The notes: generated by a model not told the origin, from the letters alone. Counted from the stretch's first letter, positions 22,202 to 35,408 are shown. The stretch is 63,035 bases of DNA from Klebsormidium nitens (GCA_000708835.1 DF237474.1:2828-65862), one strand, 5' to 3'. Numbers and translations are program-made.

Positions 22202-24093
22202 ATGCAGCCCCAGCAAGACGGTTCCCCGGAGCCTCCTTATTGGACAAGGAGTCAGGGACCTGCCCCGGCAGCACCCCCTGAGGAGGACCGTTCGTCTGCA
22301 GTCAGGGCTTTGGGAGAGTCTTCTACCCTGAGTAGCAGCGCTACCGGTGAGCTTGAATCCTCGACCTCCATCCCTCTTAGTGGACGGCCCAATGAGCCTG
22401 TCATTTGGGCTTCAAGTGTTTTTGGTTGGGAGGACACCTTTGAAATGGAGGACACCGGGGTCAGCTCTTCCGGGCAAGGGGGCATGAATTTCGATGGACG
22501 TTTGGGAGGTCTGAGCGTCCCGGACCTGAAGCTGGGCTACCAGAACAAGCTGCAGCTGCTCCGCTCCCGGCGTAGTGNNNNNNNNNNNNNNNNNNNNNNN
22601 NNNNNNNNNNNNNNNNNNNNNNNNNNNNNNNNNNNNNNNNNNNNNNNNNNNNNNNNNNNNNNNNNNNNNNNNNNNNNNNNNNNNNNNNNNNNNNNNNNNN
22701 NNNNNNNNNNNNNNNNNNNNNNNNNNNNNNNNNNNNNNNNNNNNNNNNNNNNNNNNNNNNNNNNNNNNNNNNNNNNNNNNNNNNNNNNNNNNNNNNNNNN
22801 NNNNNNNNNNNNNNNNNNNNNNNNNNNNNNNNNNNNNNNNNNNNNNNNNNNNNNNNNNNNNNNNNNNNNNNNNNNNNNNNNNNNNNNNNNNNNNNNNCCC
22901 TGGCTGCCTACCTCGACTTCCAGTACGTCTCCAGCCGCAGCACCGCCGCCACCTTCCACTTCCTGCGGGAACTGTGCCGCAAGAACGGGAAGGAGACAAC
23001 GGGGCGGGAGGTGACGGAGAAGGCCCTCAAGTCCTTACGCCCGGAGATCCGGAAGGCATTGGAGGGCGACGTGCTGAAGTGGGCGGTCGACAAGTGCACC
23101 CTCACCAACCTGGAGGACGACTTGCGCAAGGTGGAGGACGCCCTCCACACCAGGGACCTGGAGCGCGACCCCTAGACGCTGGTGAAGTCACTTGCGGGGA
23201 AGGTCAAGGACCTGTCCCTGTCAAGGCCTCATCCCCGGTCTGCTGAAGACAGCCACCCCCGGCGAGATCGCAGCCCCCGGCGGCACGACGACCGGAGGGC
23301 CAAGGGAAAGGGCAAGGGCAAGCAGGCCTTTGCCGCGACCGCAGCTCCGACCAAGGGGACCGGCTTCCAAGGGGCCTGCTACAACTGCGGGGAGCACGGG
23401 CACACGAGGGCCGAGTGCACCAAGGAGCCCAAGGGCGGAGGCTCCATGAGGAAACCGGGGGCCTACTGCGGCCACTGCAAGCGGCGGGACTCCCACACCG
23501 ACAACGAGTGCTGGGAGAAGCATCCCGACAAGCGGCCGGAGAAGTGGAAGCAACCACGCGCCGGAGGACCGGCCCGGCCTGCCTACGCAGCCGCGGAAGT
23601 GGGGGGGGAGGACGACCCCATGAGCCCCGACTTCGACCCGTTGACCACCTGGGGCGCCCACCTGCTGGGCCAGGCGACAGGAGTGGACGTGATGGCTGTG
23701 GGGACCCCGGAGGACTACCCGGAGGTGCGCCCCAGCACCATGGCGCAGCGGGACACGGAACCCGCAGCGCGCGCCCGCACGGAAGCGGAGCGCATGCGCG
23801 CAAAGGCGAGCAAAGATCGCCTGCGGCGCGGGGGGCCTCCCCCGGCTTTCAGGCCACAGGGGGAGCGGCCCCCACCGGACCAGGGAGCAGGAGAGGCAGC
23901 GCCGCCGGCGACAGCAGAGGCGGCTGAGGGACCGGGGCCCGCACAGACGGGCCCGGTGCAGCGCCTACTACCTAGCTTCGGGGAGTGCCCCGTCACTGAC
24001 CCCCGGTACCAGGGGGCAGAGGACCTGGAGCGCGCAGGGGTGCAGCCCCACCTCCTGGCGGAGCCCACGGTGGGCCCTCAGCGAGAGGTGTAG
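22202..24093 (+). pseudogene. gag: E4 gag (N-gap 22578-22897)
   Basis: CYNCGEHGHTRAEC knuckle and a second Cys/His motif YCGHCKRRDSHTDNECWEKHP. Confidence 0.8.
22578..22897. other. Assembly gap (N run)
   Basis: N run within E4 gag. Confidence 0.95.
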
Positions 24094-27000
24094 GTGCACC
24101 GCCGACACCCCTTCGAGATCGTCGCCGCCCCGGCGCACTACGCCTGGGTCGGGGCCGTCTCCATACTGCCCCCGGATGGCACCACCGGGCAGCCCCTGCG
24201 CTGCAAGGGGGGGGGAGGCTCATCCTCCGGCGACGAAGCCGAGGAGGAGGGGAGCGAGGAGGAGGGAGAGGACGCTGAGGGGGCTGCTGGAGAAGCAACT
24301 AAAGAGGATTACGGCGTCGAGGACATGGGGGACGCAGCAGACCTCACCCCCGCTGAGCGCGCCATGCGGACTATCCCGGCGAGGTACCGCTACTTTCCCC
24401 CGGCCCAACTCCCCACCATGGCCGAGGTCTACCTCCAGAAGCACATCGCGCTAATGGAGGAGAACTTCCGTGCCGACCCCAAGGGCAACCCCGACCGTGA
24501 GGATCACCGCAACCCGGGGTGGCACAAAACCCCCCGGTGGTCCAACTTCAAGCCGGAGGAGCTGGAGGCCTACATCCTGTGGCACGGCCGGTGGCTGGTG
24601 ACGTACGAGCAGCACGCGCATAGGCGGCTGCACGTGGGGGAGACAGTGGCGGCGCAGGACGCGTATGTCCTGTCTGCCTTGGGAGCGGCCCAGCGAGGAC
24701 TGCGGGCCTACTTCCGGGACTGCAACGAGTCCCAGCTCACCAACCCCGACTTGCGGATGATCGTCAACATCCACGAGTGGTTGATGGAGCCCCCGGTGGA
24801 CCGCCCGGAGGATGACTACGCGGTTAACCTAGGGCCCCCACCGGAGGAGGAGTTAACCCGGCCGGCTAAGGCGACTCCCCACGGAACGCGGCTCCGGGTG
24901 CCCCTGTCCCTGCTGCAAGCTTACTTCACCCAGCGCTATGGCACCAACTGGGTGGAAGGCTTCTTGCAGAACCGAGTGGTCAACTACCCGGAGGGCATGC
25001 CGAACCGCCCCACTCCCTGCCACGACTACAAGCTGCCTAGCACCGGACCACTGTCGGAGGGACCGGTGACCCCAGAGAGCGTCCCCATCAAGGCCAAGGT
25101 CAAACCAGCGACCAAGGCCAGGCCCAACACGCCCCCAGGGTTGCGCATCTTAGTGCGCGACGCCTGGAAGGACACCGAACCGGATGGGTCAAACCAACCA
25201 CACGGTCGGATTTGGCGCGAACCCACACCCCCGCCGACCGCAGAGGACCGGGGTGGAACCACACCGGCAGAGGGAGGAGCCGGGAAGGAGCGCGGAAAGA
25301 AGCGCCCGGCGGGAGCGGCAGCGGCCGGGGGAGGACAACCCCGGGGCAGCAAAGTCCCCAAGAAAGTTCCGGAGAGCACGGGGCCGGAGGCATCCGCAGC
25401 AGCATCGAGTGCCGCTGCTAAGGGGAAGGCCAGGGAGCCAACCCCGGAGGAGCCTACCGAGGAGGAGGAAACCGAGGAGGAGATGAACGAGAGGCTCGGG
25501 GAAGAGATAGCAGAACGGGTGAGGTACATGTACTCGATCCACACGCGGAACCCGGAGTTCTACGAGGGGGTCACCACAGCCGAGCTGGTGGCAATGTACA
25601 TCAACCTCAGTGCGGAGGAGGTGAGGACGGAAGAGGGGCGCCGCATGCACCAGACGTTGGTGTATCACCAGATGCAGGCGGAAATCGACCTGGTCGAGGG
25701 GAACAGCGAACAGCATCCCATTGAGGAGATGTTGCAGCTGGACAACATAACGGCTGCCGCCCCCCTGACCCAGGAAACCCTCCAGCAGTACCTCGCCCTT
25801 GCCCCGGAGCAGCGCCTTAACCTCCGGGGGTACAACCTCTACAGCAAGTTCCTCCGCCTCCGGGCCCAGGAATTGCGGGAGGGATTTGCAGACGAGATAG
25901 CCCAGCACCGGGAGGAGGAGCAACGGGAGGAGGAGCAACGGGATCAGCGACCTAGCACGCCCCCGGCAACCACCCAGACTTTCCCAGTGGCTAAAAGAAC
26001 TGCCATCCCAATCCCACCAATAACCGCAGGGCCCTCCATCCCGGTGGGCCAGAAGCGGCGCGCGGCAACCCCTCCGGAGATGGAGGAGAGACCTAGGAAG
26101 GTCGCCGCGGAAGACACTAGAGACGCAGAAGGCGTGCTCACGGGGTCAAGATCCGAAGCTGCGAAAGTTCCAGCAGCAGACACCGTCTCGGTGCCCGCAG
26201 CTGGAGGGGGGGACCAGCAGGAGAAGAAAGAAGAAAAATCGGCGGAGACCGGAGCTGAGGGGCCAGAAGAGCCCGGGGCAGAAGAGGAGACGGGAGAAGA
26301 AGGTCAGGGGTCAGGGCCAAGCACAGGCCAAGTGTCAGGCGCAGGCGGGGCAAAACCGGGGGGGAAAACCAAAACCCAGCCCGGGGAGGCAGGCCGGCAG
26401 CACGGAGTACCTACAACCTCCCTGTCGGAACCCACCTCGGAGCTGGAGCAGGCGCTGGCGGCGGTCACAATGGTCACCATGTCCACATCCTCGCACTCCA
26501 GCAAATTGCAGGTTGCCATGGGTACCGGGTCGTTTATCGCGCTCCCCACCACCAGCATCGAAACGTTCGACACTTCCGACGTTCGTGCCCGTGCCCGTGA
26601 TTGAAGCGCACTTGGCGTTGGAGGAAGCGGAGCCCATTGCAGCCGCCCCCGAGACGGAGTCCCTGGATGGTGCATCCCTGGAGCCAACACCCCCTACCCG
26701 TTCAACAACCTCTACGCCCCCACCTCCGCTGGGACCACCCCCGCCACCGAGACCGCCACCCCCACCGCCAAGACAGCTAACCCCGGTGCCGAGCGACACA
26801 CCATCGACATGGGAGCATGTGGCGGCAGACCTGGGGGAGACGGTGCGGGCGCTGTACCCAAATGGGCCTGAGGAGAACCAGCTCATGCAGGCCGTGGCGG
26901 ACGAGGCGGGCTACCCACCGCTCCATGCGGTAGGAGGGCAGGAACTGACCCGGATCTTGGTGGAAGACCTCCGCCGGACCTACCCCAACAACCCCGAGGT

Positions 27001-27997
27001 GGCTGCGGTGATGGTAGATGACCCCGGAGAGGTGACCCGCCGCACCGCCCAGCGGCTACACGACTACCGCAAGGAGCGAGGCCTTGCCGCAGCCGCGCAC
27101 ACAGAGGCGCAGGAGCTGGAAGCGGCAGAGGAGGCCAAGAAGGCGGGCAAGGTAAAAGCCAAGGTGGGGGAGGAAGTGCCTCCCACCCCGGAGAAGCCAC
27201 CGGGCCCCGGGGCCGCAGACGGAGTTCCTGCAGCACAAGGGGCGCAACCGGAGGGAGGCGTAGCGGAGGAGTTACCCGCAGCGCCTGAGAAGGATCAGGG
27301 CGAGGGAGCTGCCGGAGGGGCGGGACGAGTGGTACCGGAGGCCGTGATAGCGGCCCCTGTCTCTTCCCGGCCACCTGTACCCGCAGCCCCCGCCAGTGCG
27401 ACCCCGGTCACACTCGCCTTGGCCATGGCCGGACGTGCGGGCTTGGCAGCACCGGTGGCCAAACGACCCCCGGTGCCAACAGACGTGGTGGTACGGGTGG
27501 GAGATGTGTCTATTTCATGGGACGAATCGATTGGGCAGGCCGTCAACCGGGCCAGCAATGCCATCGTGCGAAACATCCTCCCGCACTACCTCCGGGGCCC
27601 CAATCTGACGGCCTTTGTGGCAGCGCACCTGTACGAGGAGCTGCGCCGCAGACCCCCGGGGGTACCTACCCCACCTCCAGTCCCGCCAGCTAAAGGCGAG
27701 GAGCAGGAACGACAGAGCCCGGGTCCCACGGACGAGCACCCACAGCGGGAGCAGCCCCGGAGGGACCACCCTGAGGGCGACGGAGGCGGAACCGGAGGAC
27801 AACCGGCACCGGCCCCCGCGGCAGCACCTGGGGCAGGGGGACATCAGGCCCAGGGCCCCAAGGCGGGGACCCAGGGCGGGCAGAACGCGGGGGGAGCGGC
27901 TCCGGGCGGAGCCGGCGAGCGTGCAGCGAGGGAGCCAGCCATTTCCCGGGCGCCAGCGCGGCCAACACGCCTCCGGCGATGCATTACGCCGGAGTAG
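24094..27997 (+). CDS. E4 long low-complexity gag-pol linker ORFs (836 aa and 494 aa), function unknown
   Basis: Two long overlapping frames, rich in Glu/Pro/Ala, with some globular-looking blocks (e.g. EELEAYILWHGRWLVTYEQH). Confidence 0.55.
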
Positions 27998-28051
27998 TCA
28001 GCTCCCCGAGCGCTAGTATGGCCAATTCAACCCCCGGCGTCCCCTACCTAC

Positions 28052-28561
28052 ATGGCCCTAGGCGAAGGAGAGATCAGCTCAACCCTGGAGCTGTTGGAGC
28101 CGGCGGCGAGATCCTTCCTCGTGCGGCAGTTGGCAAACCTGCCGGCGCATCGGGGGGACCGGAAGAGAGAGCGGGTGCGGGCGCCCATAGTGAAGGTCCG
28201 AGAGAGGGCCTTGTGGGTGAACGGCAAGCCACTGCAGGGGAGCGCGATCCTGGATTCAGGGGCAATGCCCCTGCTGATCGGGCGCCCGGGGCTCATCCAA
28301 CTGGGACTGAGCGCAGAAGACGTCACCCCCAACGCAGTGCGGTTGGGCCTAGCAGACGGCAAGTCCACCCGGCTGTTTGGCGTCACCCAACAACCCATCA
28401 AGTTCACGTTTAACCCGGGGAAAGCGACAGAGACGGAGATCTCGGTCCGGGCGGTAGTGACGCAGGCGCCCTACGACTTTCTCGTGGGCAACGTCGTGCT
28501 GTGGGTCATTGGGGGAGTCATTGACAGTTGGCGGGAGCAGTTCCGGTATCAGGTGAACTGA
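28052..28561 (+). pseudogene. pol: E4 aspartic protease
   Basis: SAILDSGAMPLLIG active site; PYDFLVGNVVL C-terminal motif. Confidence 0.88.
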
Positions 28562-29333
28562 AAGTCCGGGCTGCCTGACGCAGACGGGCCGGAGGGGTAC
28601 ATTCCCCTAACCTTCGAGCGGGAAAAGGGGGCGGCCCCATTGCCAGACGCATTCTACTCAACCCTCCACCGCAGGGGGGGAGAGGAAGTAGACAGTGCGG
28701 TGTAAGTTGAGTCGGATGATGAAATGCTCTCGTTAATTGACGATGGGTCTGACGACAATTCCGACTTGGCACCCACTGTGCTACCCTTCCCCATCCTCCC
28801 GGCGGCAGTAGAGAGGGAGCGCCTCCGACGAGAAGGAGAGGCGAACCACGGAGGGGTCGAGATCCGGGGACCGAGACTGGCGGAGAGACTTAATCGCTAC
28901 AGAGAGCTCCTTGGACTGGCGCCCGGGGAGTACGCGCGACGCTGGGCTGAGGAAGGCCCGGCCATAGAGGAGCCAGAGGTCCCTGAGCCCGGCCTAAAGG
29001 GGGTTAACCTGAAGGGCATTAACCGGGTCAACCCAATCCCTGCCGGCGAACCGGAGAGGGACTTCAAGCCCGAAGAGGCGGCCCGGAGGCTGGACACCGA
29101 GACTACGGCGGCCCACAACGCCGCCACCGGGACCAGGCACGTAGACTACCCGTGGGATCCCGTGTTAAGATCCTAGGAGGGCTACCCCGCGCGCAACACG
29201 CAGCAGCAAGTTGTAAACCACCGTGGGAGGCCGGAGCTGCCACCCGGGTGGACGCGGCGGGGGGACAACGACAACCTCTACTACCGGGAGCTGACTGACT
29301 ACAACGACTCCCGGGAACAAGACTATCCCCCAG

Positions 29334-30604
29334 ATGCGGGACCAGCGGCGGCAGGAGCCGCCACGGGTACTGGTGTACGAAGACGGGGTCCAACCCGTAC
29401 CTGCACCGGACCCGGAGGCCTGTGAGCAGGTGGTGCCACCACCGGAGGACGAAAACTGGGAGGAGTTGCCCCAGGCGTTCATGGTGGACCACCACGCCTC
29501 GCCGGAGGAGCAGTCAGCTAACGCGCAGGCTACTCACTACCGGGAGAATGAGATGATTTGGGCCACTGACGACAACCACACCCGCATGTTCGGGGACGAG
29601 AAGTGGCTGCGAGTGCTGCTGCTCTTTGGGGGCATTGCGGCGGAGTTGGAGGCGCTGCTGAAGGCCGGGGTCAACATCAAGCAGGTCGTGTACGTGGACA
29701 ACGACCCGGTTAGCCGGAGGGTCTTCGGCCACCGTTTGCGGGCCCTCCATCACGCCTACCCGGAACAGCTACCGGAGTTGGCGTACCACGCACCAACACA
29801 TCGCTCTCCTGGGACATCAGCGAGATCGGCGAGCTAGAGCTGGTGCGCCACATCGGGCGCGATGGGCAACACCCAATCGACCTGGTGACGGTGTCATCAC
29901 CGTGCCAGGGCTTCTCGCGGGCCAATCGACAGGCCCGGGGGCTAGAGGACCCACGCTCCAGTCTCTACCTGGAGGCGGTGCGCGTGCTGGCGACCATCCA
30001 ACGCCTGCAGCGGCCCTGGGGGCACGAGCCGGGCTACATATTCGAGATGGTGGACGCGAGCGATCACGCCAGCCCGCCAGCCCGGTGGGGCTTTCAACAA
30101 ATGGAGCTCATCAGCGGAGGCTACGCGGGGAGCGGCATCCGGCTCGACGCAGCCAAGTTGGGGTCGGCAGCCCACCGGACCCGAGTGTTCTGGACCAACT
30201 TGGCGCGCGCAACCGACATCCAGGAGCGCTACACCCAGTTCGACCGCGACCAAGTCTGGGACCGACTGGACGCACAGGACGCGCTGGACAACTTCCGGGC
30301 AGTGCAATTGGCGGCCCAGGACGACCCCGCAGTACCGGGGTACTACCGCGTCAACATGAAAGGGGAGCCTTTGCAGGGTTTTCCTACTTTGGTGGCGACC
30401 CCAAGCTCCTACGCCTTCCGCTTTCAAGCCAACCAACCGGGGCCGGGGATGGTGTACGACCGCAACGTGCGCAAGTGGCAGGAGCCCAACGCCGACGAAC
30501 GGGAGCGGATCATGGGGATGCTGCCAGGGTCCACAAGGGGCTACAATGTCCCGGAGGCAGAACGCCGGAGGCTAATCGGGAGCGCCACCGACGTCCGCGC
30601 CTAA
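29334..30604 (+). pseudogene. E4 C5 cytosine DNA methyltransferase domain in Pol (frameshift near 29790)
   Basis: Motif I VLLLFGGIA; VYVDND; motif IV DLVTVSSPCQGFS (29900-29908); VI IFEMV; VIII HRTRVFW; IX ERERIMG; X RRLIGSA. Confidence 0.88.
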
Positions 30605-31199
30605 ACCTGGCTGTGCAAGGAGTTTCGCCGCTGGCGGGTCATCAACAAGGACGAATGAAGGCGCGCGGGGGCGACAGACGCGCCCCCGGAACAAGGGTGT
30701 TACGACTCACCCTCAACAAAAGCCGAAGGAACCCAGCCAGCTGGCGGCCTGCAAAAATCACAGCCCGCAGCTGGGGGGAGGTAAGTACAGGGGCCGGAGA
30801 GCCTAAACAAAATCCACCTGGGACCGGAGCGTCCCAGGGCCAGGCCGGAGAGCCTGAACAAGCTGGGAAGTCCGGCACAGCCTTAGTGGAGCAAGAGGGG
30901 GAGAAGGGCAACTATCCCCAGGGACTAACCGGAGGAGAACCCGGGAAGGTCAACCAAGGAGGTGGGGCCCAAAAGGCCTTAGGGCCAGGGCAGTCCGAAA
31001 GGGCCTTGCCCCCGGAGGGGGGCAAACCACCAACACCCGATCAGGGTGGACAAGAGCTACGCCGGGACCCTGCCCCGGGAATCAACAGGAGAGAGGGCAC
31101 AGGGGAGATCAGCTTGAAAGGGCTGCATTCCCTTGAAGCCGGAGGTCAGGAACTGGGACCGGAGCTGCAGGCAACAGCTGTGGGGACAGCACCAGAGGA

Positions 31200-33800
31200 G
31201 AAAGGTGCGAGCCAATTCGGAGCAAAGGGGACTGAGAAGCCCTTTGAGTGGGGAGACGAGCAGATCTGGCCGGGACTACCACCGGAGCAGAGGGCCGAGG
31301 TCACGGGGCTGCTGGAGGAGTTCCGGGACATCTTCGCGTGGTCCATCTACGACCTGAGCGACACCGCCATCGAATGGGTGGAGTTCGAGGTGGACTTCAC
31401 CGACGAGAAGCCAATCTGGTCACCCAAGCGGCGCTACTCCCAGTACGAGACGGACCTGTTGAAGGCGTACGTGGAGGAGAGGCTGGCCGCCAAGCTCATT
31501 GCGCCTTTAAAGCTGCCCCCGGGGGTCAAGGAGCCCTTCGCTGCCGCCACCGTCATGCCGCGCAAGAAAGACGCGGAGAGGAACTGGACGGAGAGGCGGA
31601 TCTGCGGCGACTACCGGCCCCACAACGACAAGACTGTCCCTGACAAGTACCCGATGCCTATAGCGGACGAGCTATTCGACGATCTGGGGGAGAGCGACTG
31701 CTTCTCCACGCTGGACCTCAGGATGGGGTACCACCAGATCCGGATCCGGGAGGGAGACGAGTGGAAGCTGGCGTTGGGCCACGACGACCTCTACATGCCG
31801 CTGCGCACCCCCTTCGGGCCCAAGAACGCGCCAGCGCTGTTTCAGAGGCTGATGGACCGGGTGCTGCGGGAGCTGCGGGCCTTCGCGCGGGCGTTCATCG
31901 ACGACACCATCGTCCACGCCAAGGGCTTCCGGGCCCACTTGGACGCCCTGCGCGGAGTCTTCACCGAGCTCCGGCGCCACAACATCAAGGTGCACCCGAA
32001 GAAGATCCGGATCCTTTTCCCGGAGATCCCTTTCTTGGGGCACATGGTTAACCCCGTGGGGCTGAAGCCCCAAGCCGTCAAAGTGGCGGCCATCCAACGC
32101 ATCCCCTACCCTACAGGCCAAACCGCCATCAAGCAGTTCCGGGGCATCGTCAACTACTACCGCAAGTTCCTTGCGGGGTGTAGCGCGGTGGCCCGGCCGC
32201 TAAACGACCTACTCAAGAAGGACGTGGAGTTCCGGAGGAGCTGGGAGCTGAATGCAAGGAGGCGGTGGACCGGCTGAAGGCGATGCTGTGCGAGGCACCG
32301 CTGTTGGTGCGCCCGGACCCCAGGAAGGAGTTCGAGCTGCACACAGATTGGAGCGCGGCAGGATGCGGGGCAATTCTACAACAACGAGACGACGCCGGGG
32401 AGGAACGGGTGGTGGCCTACGCCAGCCGGAGCAACAACAAGGCCGAGAGCAACTACTCCAGCTACGCTGGGGAGTGCTTGGCCGCGGTGTGGGGAGTGCG
32501 CTACTTCCGGGTGTACCTGTACGGGGCGCGCTTCATCCTCTACACCGACCACCGCCCCCTCGAGTGGCTGGTGACCAACCCCAACCTCACGGGCATGCAC
32601 GCCCGGTGGGCGCTGATGCTTCAGGAGTTTGACTTCGAGGTGCGGTACCGCAAGGGGTTGATCAACATGAACGCAGACGGGCTGAGCCGAAACCCCCAGC
32701 CGGAGACAGAGGATCCCACCGGAGCGCGGATGCATGAGGACGCGGCCGGAGGAGGGGACCCAGGGCCGGGGGGAAGGCCAGCAGTAACCTACCTGGCCTG
32801 GCAGGCCTGGGCAGCCGACACTCCGGTGCCCCCAGGGGAGTTGGAGTACCTCACTATGGAGGAGGCCGGAGGCGAGCCGTGGGAACCAGAGGACGAGCTC
32901 GAGCTCCCCGGAGAGCTGCCCATGCCGGGCCCAATGGACTACGGCACTGTTGACGCAGATGTACAGGTCCCGGAGACTCCGGGGCTGGGGGGAGAAAGAG
33001 CCAAAGCCCTCACCGACATCTGGGAAGACATCAACACCCTGAACCACCTGTGGACCGGGGTCCTCGACCCCAACTGGAGCAAGGGCGAGGTGGAGAGAGT
33101 GCGCCGGAGAGCGCAGTCCTACCGGTTTCGGGACGGGGTGGTGATACACCATCTTAATAGCGATGGGGAGGAGGAGCCCCGGACCTGCGACGGGGTGCTG
33201 TTGCGCCTCCTGGCAGGGGGGGAGGAGAAGATCGTGCCAGCACCGCAACAGCGGGACAACCTGGTTCGAGAAATTCACGACTTCACCGGGCACTGGGGCG
33301 AGAAACGCACGGTGCACCTCCTCAAACGAACCTACTGGTGGGCCGGGATGTACAAGACGGCCCAAGACGGCGTGGCAAGTTGCCAACAGTGCGACCGGAC
33401 CAAGGCGAGCTTCTCGGTCAAGATGTCGGGGATGAAGTCCCTGCCCATCATGGGGCTGGGGTACCGGTGGAGCCTGGACTTCGCCGGGCCTCTGCTGACG
33501 ACCCGGAGCCGGAAGCGGTACTGCCTGGTCATCATCGAGCACTTCAACAAGTGGTGCCAGCTAGTGGCGCTGCCCAGCAAGCACTTGGGGAAGGTGGCGG
33601 AGGCGTTCCTGGCCATTATGACCCGGTTCGGAGCCTGCGCGGAAGTCCTAACGGACAACGGGAGTGAGTTCATGGGCGAGTTTGACGCCCTCTGTCAACG
33701 ACTCCTCCTCGACCACCGCACCACCTCCCGGTACCACCCCCAGTCCAACGGCCTGACGGAGCGCTTGGTGCGCACCATCAAGGAAGGCATCACCCGCTAG
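31200..33800 (+). pseudogene. pol: E4 RT, RNase H and integrase core
   Basis: RRICGDYRPHN; FSTLDLRMGYHQI; AFIDD; FELHTDWSAAG; HDFTGHWG...CQQCDRTK; WSLDFAGP; VLTDNGSEF; HPQSNGLTER. Confidence 0.95.
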
Positions 33801-33850
33801 GGACGGAAGCCGACCGCCGGACGTGGGACGAGTGGCTGCCGTACCTGGCA

Positions 33851-34528
33851 ATGGGGTACCGGATGAGCCCAAAGACGGCTCTGGGGGGATACTCCCCCTA
33901 CTTCCTTTTGCACGGCCGTCACCCCATGCTTACGGGGGAGGCGGTCAAGCAGTTGGTGGGAACTCCGGTCGATTTCGACACACCGGAGCAGTGGGTGGCG
34001 GCATGCCACCAGCGAGCGGAGGTGCTGCAGCGGGAGATGCCCCTGGCCTTGGGGAACCTGCTCGCTGCGCAGCACCGGGACCAACGGCGGTACGACCACG
34101 TGCGCAAGACGGGGTACCGGCCGAAGGTGCGGAAATTTGAAGTGGGGGACCTGGCCTACCTCCGGCGCCAACCGGCGGACAAGACGGACGTGTCCGTGAC
34201 GCGCGAGGCGTACCGGGTACACCAGGTCGGCTCCAACGGGCGCTTGGTGTTGCAAGGGGCGGACGGGACGCTGTTCAAGGAGCATATCGAGAACTGCGCC
34301 CCCTGCCACAACCCCAACATCGACACCACCATCGACCCGACGCTCACGACAGTGACGGCAGATCACGCCTGCCAAATATGCAAGAGCCCCGGCCGGCAAG
34401 CAACGATGTTGCTTTGCGACTACTGCCTGGAGGGTTACCACATGGGCTGCCTAGAACCGGCGGTCAAGGAGGTGCCCAAGGGAGTTTGGCTGTGCTCAAG
34501 CTGCACCCAGAGCTTGCAGCAAGGGTAA
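33851..34528 (+). pseudogene. pol: E4 integrase C-terminus with PHD finger
   Basis: KFEVGDLAYL; ENCAPCHNP; CQICKSPGRQATMLLCDYCLEGYHMGCLEPAVKEVPKGVWLCSSC (C4HC3). Confidence 0.92.
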
Positions 34529-34558
34529 CTCGCCACAGCCGCGGGGGCCGCGGCAGGC

Positions 34559-34570
34559 GAGTGGGGGGGA
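34559..34570 (+). promoter_or_regulatory. E4 polypurine tract
   Basis: GAGTGGGGGGGA directly before A1. Confidence 0.85.
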
Positions 34571-34750
34571 AGTAAACGGATAGCCACGGGTCTAGCCGGG
34601 CTATGCCTAGAAATTTCTGCATGGCTAGATGCGGATGGGAAACACCCAAATGAGAGCCGGAGAGTAGCGTGACTAACAATTCCGGGCTCGGAGTTCATTG
34701 CGTTCAGCCGGACCCGATGAGGACCGGCAATAGCCGCGTAGCGCACGGCA
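34571..34750 (+). repeat. E4 segment A1 (180 bp), followed by the spacer GC
   Basis: AGTAAACGG...CGCACGGCA-GC-TGCCATGCC. Copy of 35409-35588 with 4 transitions. Confidence 0.95.
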
Positions 34751-34752
34751 GC

Positions 34753-35408
34753 TGCCATGCCGTGGGACGTCCGTGCCGTACCACGTAGCGCGCGCGCCCG
34801 CGGCCGGCGGCATAGAGGGTGGCAACCGGCGGGAGTCATCCACGCGGCCGCCTCAAGGGTTTCGAGGCTCCGGTGGCCTGTCAAGTGTGCACCGGGATGA
34901 CCACATGGATCCGGTTCAGTGGCTCCGGTGTGACCACACAAATCCGGTCAAGTGACCAATAGCTGTACGAGGTCACACGAGTGTAGCAGATGCTAGGGTT
35001 GCTAGTTGTTGACCTCCGGCCGAGTGTAGATCTGGAGCTGTAGGCTGATCTCCGGCCAAGAGGTAGTAGTAGTATATCTACTTGCTTCTAGAGTAGTGTG
35101 ACTCACTTCTCAAGTTGCAAGTTCTCTGTATCCTTGTGAGGACAATGGCGCCTAAGCATGAGAGAAGGACCTGTTGACAGCGAGCAGCGATCTCCGGCGT
35201 GGAGCACGACTTCGGTGATGTGAGTGTTGAGCTGTGTGCAATGGAGGCTTTCTTGTCATGCGAGTCATTGGGAGGCCGGAGCAATGTATGAGGAGTCAAG
35301 GCATAGCATGGGGTATGTATGGTCAATGTATGGTTGTATGGTCTGTATATCGGTGACTATCCCTTTGAGCAAGCACCCAAGTGTAAAGCCGAGAAGTGGC
35401 ATTTACTT
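34753..35408 (+). repeat. E4 segment B2
   Basis: Copy of 21014-21672. Confidence 0.95.

Noticed and set aside
22412-34955. Many long antisense and alternate-frame ORFs in E4 (e.g. 32376-33542, 25189-25938, 23204-23803)
   Set aside because: They are shadows of a very GC-rich coding strand with few stop codons and have no recognisable motifs.
34571-35408. Calling AGTAAA...TTTACT a non-canonical LTR terminus with a truncated tandem copy
   Set aside because: The TSD and the restored E3 frame place the real ends at TGCC (21014) and GGCA (35588). E3 shows the same layout.
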